A stretch of DNA of 32,000 nucleotides. It comes from Haloquadratum walsbyi C23. Its GTDB lineage: Archaea > Halobacteriota > Halobacteria > Halobacteriales > Haloferacaceae. The position numbers and the translations under genes were made by a program. Shown here one piece after another: positions 10,847 to 18,482 of the stretch (positions are counted from its first letter, which is position 1; every line of letters starts with the position of its first letter). The DNA lies in the NCBI RefSeq assembly GCF_000237865.1, contig NC_017459.1, forward strand, positions 2,700,001-2,732,000, in the 5' to 3' direction. The notes below the pieces were generated by a model. That model was not told the DNA's origin. It searched no databases and saw only the letters and a list, made by a program, of their open reading frames with translations.

Positions 10847-11910
10847 TGAGTGCAAGTGAATCTGATGAGAGTGGATTGTTCCGCTCGCTTATTTCACCCG
10901 GTCTTATTGATCAACTTTTCAGCTTTTGTGATGACCATGCGTGGACGCTGTTAGTAATTGGCACTGTTATCGGAGCGTTACCACCGATTCTGGGACTCAA
11001 CCAAGGCTATTATATGACCGTTATCTCTGAGATGTTCCTGTTTGCAATCTTGGCATTGTCCTGGGACATTATTGGTGGACAGACAGGTTACCCAAGTTTC
11101 GGTAATATGGCGTTCTTCGGAATTGGAGCGTATACAACAGCTATTCTCACAAAGGATTTCAGCATTATACTTCCCATTGCGATGATGGCTGCTGCAGGAG
11201 TTGCTGTTGGGTCTGCTGTGCTTATTGGTGCTGCTGTTCTTCGTCTTCGAGGGCATTACTTTGCTATTGCAACATTGGGCGTGCTCTTGGCGACGCAACA
11301 GGTATCACGAATTCTTGATATCACTGGTGGTGCAAGTGGAAAGATCTTACTTCAAACACCGTCCGGGACTGTTTTTTATTACTTCTTTTTCACTGTATTG
11401 GTCGCTGAAGCGGCTCTTGTTTATTATCTCTCGAATACCCGCTTTGGGTTTGTCCTCAATGCGATTCGTGATGATGAAAAAAAAGCAACCGCAATGGGGT
11501 TCAATACAACATACTACAAAACGGCTGCTTGGGTATTATCTGCATTCTTTACCGGACTTGCCGGCGGAGGATACAGTCTGTTTAATACATTCATCAATCC
11601 ACAGACAGCATACAACGCTGCATGGAATGTGGAACTGATTGCAATGGCATTGATTGGTGGGTCTGGAACGGTTACCGGACCGATTATCGGTGCATTTGGG
11701 CTTCATGTCGTCATCGAGTATGTTGAAACCGCATTTGTTGGCTGGCAGCTCGTCTTACTTGGGCTCGTTGTTATCGGCACTGTCATTGGATTCCCCGATG
11801 GAATCACTGGAACACTCAAAGAGTATGCAAGTGAAATGAAATATTACGAACGTGGTGGTATGGCTGCCACCGATAGTAATGATAACGCAGAGGTGGCAAG
11901 TGATGAGTGA
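10846..11910 (+). CDS. livM: Branched-chain amino acid ABC transporter permease (LivM type)
   Basis: Multi-TM protein. The TAATG stop/start overlaps livH, and the gene order matches the operon. Confidence 0.85.
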   Translation: MSASESDESGLFRSLISPGLIDQLFSFCDDHAWTLLVIGTVIGALPPILGLNQGYYMTVISEMFLFAILALSWDIIGGQTGYPSFGNMAFFGIGAYTTAILTKDFSIILPIAMMAAAGVAVGSAVLIGAAVLRLRGHYFAIATLGVLLATQQVSRILDITGGASGKILLQTPSGTVFYYFFFTVLVAEAALVYYLSNTRFGFVLNAIRDDEKKATAMGFNTTYYKTAAWVLSAFFTGLAGGGYSLFNTFINPQTAYNAAWNVELIAMALIGGSGTVTGPIIGAFGLHVVIEYVETAFVGWQLVLLGLVVIGTVIGFPDGITGTLKEYASEMKYYERGGMAATDSNDNAEVASDE

Positions 11911-12697
11911 TGTAATAAAAAATAGCGCTCGGTCATCACTGAATCAGCAGGATAGTGAGCCGGTGCTTCGGACTGATGATGTTACAAAACGATTTGGTGG
12001 ACTCACTGCTGTCGATGCTGTCAATATTGAAGTGCGTGAGGGAGAAATTGTTGGTCTCATTGGACCGAATGGAGCCGGGAAGTCTACCTTATTTAATTGT
12101 ATTACCGGGACGCTCAGTGCTGATGATGGTCGGATTTATCTTCAGAATCAAGATGTCACGAGTTGGCCTGAATATAAGATTGCTAGGGCTGGAATTGGGC
12201 GGATGTTTCAGGAGACGCGCATCTTTGATGCAATGAGTGTTCGTAAGAATCTGTTATTGGCAGCACAAGAGGGCGATACAGATATTGGACAGCTTCTCCG
12301 ACGCCCTAATGAATCGCTTATTTCGCGTTCTGATGAATTACTTGAATATGTTGATCTTGGTGGATTGGCTGAGACTCGTGCTGGTCAGCTGAGCTTTGGT
12401 CAACAAAAGCTCACTGAGTTTATTATGGAGTTGATGGCTGAGCCAGATCTTTTATTAATGGATGAGCCAGCCGGTGGTATCAATCCTTCAATGCTTGAAA
12501 ATCTCATCGAATATATTCGCGCGGCTAATGAGGATGAAGAAGCGACGATATTCCTCATCGAACATAATATGGATTTTGTCATGGAAGTCGCCGATAGAAT
12601 CTATGTTCTTGCTCATGGCGAACGTATTGCTGAAGGGACACCTGATGAAATACAGAACAATCAACGCGTACTTGATGCATATCTTGGGAGGGAGTAA
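11903..12697 (+). CDS. livG: ABC transporter ATP-binding protein (LivG type)
   Basis: Walker A GPNGAGKST, signature LSFGQQK, Walker B LLLMDEP. The ATG at 11903 overlaps the livM stop by 8 nt. Confidence 0.9.
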   Translation: MSDVIKNSARSSLNQQDSEPVLRTDDVTKRFGGLTAVDAVNIEVREGEIVGLIGPNGAGKSTLFNCITGTLSADDGRIYLQNQDVTSWPEYKIARAGIGRMFQETRIFDAMSVRKNLLLAAQEGDTDIGQLLRRPNESLISRSDELLEYVDLGGLAETRAGQLSFGQQKLTEFIMELMAEPDLLLMDEPAGGINPSMLENLIEYIRAANEDEEATIFLIEHNMDFVMEVADRIYVLAHGERIAEGTPDEIQNNQRVLDAYLGRE

Positions 12698-12699
12698 TT

Positions 12700-13461
12700 A
12701 TGCCAGCAGAGTCAAATATAAGCACTCACTCTGATCCACAATCGAGCGAGACAGCCTTTTTAGAAATGCGCGATGTGGTTGCTGGATACGGTAACACAAC
12801 CGTTCTTCATGATATAAATATCGGTGTGGAAAATGGACAGATCGCATGTTTGATCGGACCAAACGGATCGGGAAAATCAACACTCATGAAGAGTATCTAT
12901 GGGTTTGCTGATGTAAAGTCAGGCACAATCAGAGTTAATGAAAATAACATCACAGGTCGCTCACCCCAAGAGAATCTAATGGCTGGAATGAGCTATGTGC
13001 TTCAGGATGCGAGTGTATTTCCACAAATGACCGTGCATGAGAATATGTTGATGGGTGGGTATGTGTTTGATGATGATAGCCAGGCTGCTCGCCGTGCTGA
13101 GGAACTCTATGATGAGTTTCCGATTCTTGGTGATATTCGTAATCAAAATGCAGGAACGCTTTCTGGAGGACAACGACGGTTGCTTGAGCTTGCTCGAGCG
13201 CTGATGGTTGACCCAGAGATAATGATGCTCGATGAACCCTCTATCGGACTTGAGCCACGGTTTATTGAGGATGTGTTTGACCGAATCAGACAACTCAATA
13301 ATCTTGGAACAACTATACTGCTTGTCGAACAGAACGCACAAAAAGGATTATCAGTTGCTGACCGTGGATTTGTCCTTGCATCTGGAGAGATTAAATTCAC
13401 CGGTACGGGTACAGAACTGCTCAATAATGACGAAATTGGTCGGTTATATCTTGGTGGGTAG
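12700..13461 (+). CDS. livF: ABC transporter ATP-binding protein (LivF type)
   Basis: Walker A GPNGSGKST, signature LSGGQRR, Walker B IMMLDEP. Confidence 0.9.
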   Translation: MPAESNISTHSDPQSSETAFLEMRDVVAGYGNTTVLHDINIGVENGQIACLIGPNGSGKSTLMKSIYGFADVKSGTIRVNENNITGRSPQENLMAGMSYVLQDASVFPQMTVHENMLMGGYVFDDDSQAARRAEELYDEFPILGDIRNQNAGTLSGGQRRLLELARALMVDPEIMMLDEPSIGLEPRFIEDVFDRIRQLNNLGTTILLVEQNAQKGLSVADRGFVLASGEIKFTGTGTELLNNDEIGRLYLGG

Positions 13462-14165
13462 GTCCGTATTAGTCAGTCAGCGTCACTGCTGAAAACATAT
13501 CTTAACCGAGTCAATAAACGGTAATTATCACTGCTCACATACTAATCAGCGGCATCCTGAACACCGTTTCTCTCTGAAGCCACACTTATTTGCTCTGGAA
13601 CGCCTGGCTACGCGTTGCGCTACAACTTCGAATGAAGAAAATCACAGTACCAACAATTGATAACGGTCGCTGAGATCATAACCAGTATGCCTCTGCGACA
13701 CTACAGTGATTAGACTCAGGACACCGGTTTTATTATTTCGGCTCCGGCTGTAATTTATGTATGTGATGTGTCCAAAACGGACTCATCGCCCTTCCTCAAG
13801 AAGCTCTGAGGAGTGTCTATCAATTATTTCTTACACGCATGAGGTGTCTTTATTCAGTCACGTCAGAATCAGATATTAACTAAAACGTTATCTTAACTCG
13901 CCGTTCATTGATTCTCAGTCGTCTATGACATTTCAGATCATCAAATAAGAGAATCTCCGAGTTAGATGTGCTATCATCATGGTGAAAGCTAAATTAAGGA
14001 AGCTAAAGTGAACATTAACTACGAGCATAATTATAATATAAATTAATAAAAATGATTAATACTGTTCAATGCATTCTCCTAAATGTACATGTTGGATACA
14101 AATAATATAACAACGCATCGTACCGTCGCTCACACGCACAAATATGTCAATGGAGGAATCTAATC

Positions 14166-15329
14166 ATGTCAATGGAAGCAGTTGTATATCAAGGCGAGAA
14201 AGACGTTGCAATTGAGTCAGTAGATGAACCAGAGATAGAACACCCGAACGACGTCATTATCGACATTACAACAACCTGTATCTGTGGTTCGGATCTTCAT
14301 ATGTACGAAGGACGGACAGCAGCGGACCCGGGTATTGTCTTCGGTCATGAAAATATGGGAATTGTCACTGAGGTTGGTGACGCAGTCTCAGGACTTGAAG
14401 AAGGAGATCGTGTTGTCGCTCCATTCAATGTAGCTTGTGGATTTTGTGAGAACTGCGAAGAAGGATATACCGGGTTCTGTACAAATGTTAATCCTGGATT
14501 CGCAGGTGGTGCATATGGTTATGTCGCAATGGGACCATATACGGGAGGACAGGCTGAGAAGCTTCGAATTCCGTATGCCGATTTTAATGCGCTTCAACTC
14601 CCCGATGGCGATGAACATGAAGATGCTTTCTCGCTCCTAGCAGACATCTTCCCAACTGGATGGCACGGTACCGAACTCGCAGATATTCAGCCTGGTGACT
14701 CCATTGCTATCTATGGTGCCGGTCCGGTTGGATTGATGGCAGCATATAGTGCCAAAATCAAGGGTGCTGCAGAGATATATACCGTTGATCGTGTCCCAAG
14801 TCGGCTTGAACTCGCTGAAGAGCATTGTGATGCGACTGCAATTAATTTTGAAGAAGGCAACCCAGTTGAGCAAATAAAAGATATTCATGGTGGAGGCGTT
14901 GACAAGGGTGTCGACGCAGTCGGGTATCAAGCAGTTGACCCAGATAAGGAGGGAGATTCTGCATATGATCCTGCGCGTGAGAATCCAGCTGTTGTTATCA
15001 ATAATCTCATTAGAACTGTTAAACCAACAGGGCAACTCGGTATCCCAGGACTATATGTTCCTGAGGATCCGGGGGCGCCAAGTGAGATGGCTGCACAGGG
15101 ACGACTCGGAATAGACTTTGGTCTTCTGTTCGAAAAAGGACAAGCACTGGGGACAGGACAATGTAATGTTAAAGAGTATAACCGTGAACTTCGTGACCTG
15201 ATCATCGAGGGACGTGCTGATCCTAGTTGGGTTGTTTCACATCGAGTTGGACTTGAGGAAGCCCCTGAAATGTATGAGCGATTCGATAATCGCGAAGAGG
15301 GCGTGACAAAGGTTCTACTCGAACCATAG
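14166..15329 (+). CDS. Zn-dependent dehydrogenase, glutathione-independent formaldehyde dehydrogenase-like
   Basis: CICGSDLHMYEGRT, GHENMGIV, PFNVACGFCENCEEGYTGFC, NPGFAGGAYGY..GGQAE..PYADFN and GAGPVGL are collinear with Pseudomonas FdhA-type enzymes. Catalytic and structural Zn ligands are present. Confidence 0.85.
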   Translation: MSMEAVVYQGEKDVAIESVDEPEIEHPNDVIIDITTTCICGSDLHMYEGRTAADPGIVFGHENMGIVTEVGDAVSGLEEGDRVVAPFNVACGFCENCEEGYTGFCTNVNPGFAGGAYGYVAMGPYTGGQAEKLRIPYADFNALQLPDGDEHEDAFSLLADIFPTGWHGTELADIQPGDSIAIYGAGPVGLMAAYSAKIKGAAEIYTVDRVPSRLELAEEHCDATAINFEEGNPVEQIKDIHGGGVDKGVDAVGYQAVDPDKEGDSAYDPARENPAVVINNLIRTVKPTGQLGIPGLYVPEDPGAPSEMAAQGRLGIDFGLLFEKGQALGTGQCNVKEYNRELRDLIIEGRADPSWVVSHRVGLEEAPEMYERFDNREEGVTKVLLEP

Positions 15330-15485
15330 TCTAGCTTTCTCAGTTAGTCGAGTAGTGTCGATATCCGAAATCAAGCAAATTTTTATTTGGCGTTTGTTTT
15401 CCGCATTTTACCTAATGACACTATATCGGATTCGCATCTATTCGTTCGAATAAACCTCAGTCGATCAAGAAGCAAGACAAATATC

Positions 15486-15506
15486 TCGGGGCTTTGATAT
15501 GACCCC
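15486..15506. repeat. 21-nt stem-loop repeat tcggggctttgatatgacccc, copy 2 (inverted relative to copy 1)
   Basis: It matches the reverse complement of 5454..5474 at 20 of 21 positions. With flanks it forms a 7-bp stem ctcgggg/ccccgag (15485-15491 with 15503-15509) and an 11-nt loop. Confidence 0.5.
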
Positions 15507-15565
15507 GAGGCAGTTGACCTATGCAGCGTAACAACTTATTATTCCTACCAACACGGATATAATAT

Positions 15566-15724
15566 ATGTGTCAATACTGCAGCTATCGATATCACGATGG
15601 GTGGACACAGCTTCTTTCATATGATGAGACGTATCAGATGGCGATGGAAGCAGAATCAGAATCAACGTATGGATTTCATGACTCATGGGACGAACTCCGT
15701 GAAGACGTTGGCTATGGTGTCTGA
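15566..15724 (+). CDS. Candidate 52-aa acidic small protein, below the ORF-track cutoff
   Basis: Hand translation gives MCQYCSYRYHDGWTQLLSYDETYQMAMEAESESTYGFHDSWDELREDVGYGV*. The AT-rich box cttattatt lies about 25-33 nt upstream of the ATG, which fits a leaderless haloarchaeal promoter. The overlapping tracked ORFs (15519..15863-, 15597..15782+) are basic and not protein-like. Confidence 0.35.
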   Translation: MCQYCSYRYHDGWTQLLSYDETYQMAMEAESESTYGFHDSWDELREDVGYGV

Positions 15725-15869
15725 ACACGATAATCTGATTGCGTGGTTCTGTGATCGTCTGAGTGACCTTGCGAATCACTGAAATTATTGACAATATGAT
15801 TTTCAGATTCGAAATGGAACGTGCATACAAGTGTTTGACGTGTTTGACGTCTTGTGTTGTCAATCACTC

Positions 15870-17030
15870 TTAAGACTCACGCGGGAATGGATCATCTTGT
15901 GACTTTTGTGAGTGTTTATTTGGATCATCAGCGACACAATCGTCCAAATCAACGGTAATCTGAGTAATATCGAGTTGTTGCCCGATAATCACAAGTCGTG
16001 TTGCTGGATCGTCTTGCCCCCACTCACCAATTGGTCCAGCCTGGACTGCTGATCCAGCCTGGCTAACCCCAAGTACAGTCTCAGGACGGGTGCTAATCCA
16101 TGCGAACCCTTTCATACGAATAATATCTCCGTTCCATTCACTCAGCCAGGAATCAAATTGCTCCGGATTAAATGGCTTCTGCTGACGATAGACAAACGAT
16201 TCAACATTATGTGCAGCGGCTGCTGACTCTCCATGGTCGTGAGTATGCCCATAATTGTCTCCAGCGCTCGCATCGTGATTACTATCTTGGCTGTCTCCTG
16301 ATTCTGCCGTGTGTGTGGACAACGCTTGCTTCCAGCCCTGTTGTCGGCGTGCTTCATTAAAATCGAATCGCCCAGTGTCGAGCACCATCTCAGGGCTAAT
16401 TTCAGAGTATGTTGTACGGTGTATTGCTGCTCTTGGCTGCAGTTCTCGAATAGAGTCCTCAATCATATCAAGCTCCGTGTCGGGCACCATATCGCACTTA
16501 TTCAATAATAAGACATCACAGAATTCAATTTGATCAATTAACACTTCTGATAATGGTCGGTTTGGATTTGGTGCAGCATCAGGAATCGATTCTTCTGCAT
16601 CAAATGCCTTCCAAAATCCATATGTATCAATCACTGAGACAGTTGTGTCGACACAAAATCGATCATCAAGACTTCCATTCTCAGTCCCAGTCGTCAGCGT
16701 CTTTGCGATTGGAATTGGCTCACTAATTCCTGATGCCTCAATAACTAGATAATCAAACGATCGTTCATCCGCTAATCGTGTTGCTTCAGTGACAAGATCG
16801 TCTTGTAGCCGACAACAGATACATCCATTTGAGAGATCAACGATTCCCTCGTCTGTCTCCTCTTGAAGCAACGCTGCATCAATATTAATTTCGCCCATAT
16901 CATTCACAATAACAGCAATCTGTCTCTCACCAGGATTATTTAATAGTCGATTAACAAGCGTTGTTTTCCCGGCGCCAAGGGGACCGCTGATAACTGTCAT
17001 TGGAATCTCCGTTACGTCGGTATCTGTCAT
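15870..17030 (-). CDS. COG0523-family G3E GTPase (CobW/ZigA/YjiA-like putative metallochaperone)
   Basis: P-loop GPLGAGKTT, GCICC (CxCC) metal motif, His-rich stretch HDASAGDNYGHTHDHGESAAAAH, and a CobW_C-like C-terminus. Start MTDTDVTEIPMTVISGP at 17030. Confidence 0.85.
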   Translation of the reverse strand: MTDTDVTEIPMTVISGPLGAGKTTLVNRLLNNPGERQIAVIVNDMGEINIDAALLQEETDEGIVDLSNGCICCRLQDDLVTEATRLADERSFDYLVIEASGISEPIPIAKTLTTGTENGSLDDRFCVDTTVSVIDTYGFWKAFDAEESIPDAAPNPNRPLSEVLIDQIEFCDVLLLNKCDMVPDTELDMIEDSIRELQPRAAIHRTTYSEISPEMVLDTGRFDFNEARRQQGWKQALSTHTAESGDSQDSNHDASAGDNYGHTHDHGESAAAAHNVESFVYRQQKPFNPEQFDSWLSEWNGDIIRMKGFAWISTRPETVLGVSQAGSAVQAGPIGEWGQDDPATRLVIIGQQLDITQITVDLDDCVADDPNKHSQKSQDDPFPRES

Positions 17031-17130
17031 AATTGATATAATGGTATGCTCACAAATGAACGTGCGGTTCAACAGGTCAAAACAGAGTATATATCCACTC
17101 GCTATTGACGAAACGTGACAGCTCGGACGG

Positions 17131-17365
17131 CTAAGTGAGAATTAACCTGATTGGACATTGTAAGTGTATATACAGAACATCTGTCTACGCAGCAGAATTA
17201 TGATCAAGTATCAGCGGAGTATCAGTATATGAGACACTCAGTCAGTAAGTGTGGTAACTATCTAAGTGATACTGAAATTTGACTACATGGATAATTGGAT
17301 TTGGTTTCATCAAAATCATATTATCACCGTCGACCGACACACCACGGCGATTGACCTAAGTGAGA
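17131..17365 (+). promoter_or_regulatory. Cluster of five direct TAAGTG motifs (three as CTAAGTGA[G/T]A) in the divergent COG0523 / TFS-like intergenic region
   Basis: TAAGTG occurs at 17133, 17161, 17246, 17263 and 17357. CTAAGTGAGA occurs at 17131-17140 and 17356-17365, and CTAAGTGATA at 17262-17271. The last copy abuts a TATA-like ttatat at 17374-17379 upstream of the ATG at 17397. Confidence 0.35.
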
Positions 17366-17396
17366 CATCCTCGTTATATCATTGAGAGTGATATAA

Positions 17397-17741
17397 ATGC
17401 AATTTTGCGATGAATGTGGTTCAATGATGAAAAAGCGTAATGAGCAAATGGTCTGTGGGAGTTGTGGGTATCAGACCGATCAAGATAGTGCAATCGGGAA
17501 TTTCGTTAGCACTCAAAAACAAACGGATGAGGATATAATTGAGACAGAAGAAGGAGCAGAATTTGAGGGAAAGCCCACTGATAATAATGTGATCTGTGAC
17601 GAGTGTGAACATACCGTTGCGCGGTACACAATCAAACAGACAGGATCGGCTGATGAACCGTCAACTCGATTCTTTAAATGCGAGAACCGTATAAGTGTAA
17701 GTAATTCGTATCAAATACGATCCCCTCCTGTGTCAGTTTGA
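17397..17741 (+). CDS. TFS (transcription factor S / TFIIS-C type) paralog lacking the last Cys of the C-terminal zinc ribbon, with a read-through tail
   Basis: MQFCDECGSMMKK...CGSCGY is an intact N-terminal ribbon. In CDECEH...KQTGSADEPSTRFFKCENRISVSNSYQIRSPPVSV the acidic loop is kept but the second CxxC is reduced to a single Cys. Confidence 0.7.
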   Translation: MQFCDECGSMMKKRNEQMVCGSCGYQTDQDSAIGNFVSTQKQTDEDIIETEEGAEFEGKPTDNNVICDECEHTVARYTIKQTGSADEPSTRFFKCENRISVSNSYQIRSPPVSV

Positions 17742-17779
17742 AGATTCAAACGTATGTTTTGAGAAATATAAACAGAGCG

Positions 17780-18100
17780 TTAATTATACTCTCGCCACCG
17801 ATTCCCGCACTCAGTACACTTAAAGAATCGAGTAGGTGGTTCGTCAGCTGAACCCGTCTGCTTGATTGTGTACCACGCTTTACCGTTCCCACAGTCGTCG
17901 CAGGTCACGTCCTTGGCAGTAGGTTTGCCCTCGAAATTCGCATCTTCAGAAGTCTCAATTAGTTCGTCACCAGTCTGTTCAGTCGTGCTGATAAACTCCT
18001 CAACACCGCCCTCTTGCTCCGCTTCGTAACCACAACTCGAACACACCATCACGCCATCCACCTTCTTCATCATAGAACCGCACTCGTCACAGAATTGCAT
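17780..18100 (-). CDS. tfs: Transcription factor S (TFS), canonical
   Basis: MQFCDECGSMMKK..CSSCGY is the N-terminal ribbon. CDDCGNGKAWYTIKQTGSADEPPTRFFKCTECGNRWREYN is the full TFIIS-C ribbon with the acidic SADE loop. Confidence 0.85.
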   Translation of the reverse strand: MQFCDECGSMMKKVDGVMVCSSCGYEAEQEGGVEEFISTTEQTGDELIETSEDANFEGKPTAKDVTCDDCGNGKAWYTIKQTGSADEPPTRFFKCTECGNRWREYN

Positions 18101-18482
18101 TATAATTTCTATCTACTCAATTGTGACACTTAATTCAGTTGCGTCCTGTCGAAGAGTGAGGCGTGTTGGATTGGCGTGTGAAGGTAGTTGTAGGCTAATG
18201 AATTCAGGGTCTAATTGGTTTATTAATATTTGTGTATTAGGGGAGCGAGACTCTACTGATAAAGTACAACAGTCTCAATTCGTTGTTATACAGATATTCT
18301 GAGACCAGCACAGTCTTATGAGGTATCTCAGTGAGGAGAGATTTGAGACATAAGCACATTTCTCCCACCGGTGTAGTCCGAATCGAGACAATACGAATTA
18401 TGTACACACGGCTTCAAATCAATAGTCACTATGATTAGATTTACACTAAGGATTCTTATGCTCGAAATAAAAAATCGGAGAC

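Noticed and set aside
15831-15848. Tandem 9-mer gtgtttgac x2 just downstream of the COG0523 stop
   Set aside because: Two units only, short, and with no further copies. It is probably incidental or part of a terminator region.
15519-15863. 114-aa (-) and 61-aa (+, 15597..15782) ORFs in the dehydrogenase/COG0523 spacer
   Set aside because: Both are basic with non-halophilic composition. A third frame gives a more plausible 52-aa acidic ORF, reported separately at low confidence.
18258-18269. gataaagtacaa 12-mer shared with 21013..21024, flanking the sensor kinase (att-like direct repeat?)
   Set aside because: An exact 12-mer pair is expected many times by chance in 32 kb. The flanking similarity is weak, and no integrase or tRNA is nearby.
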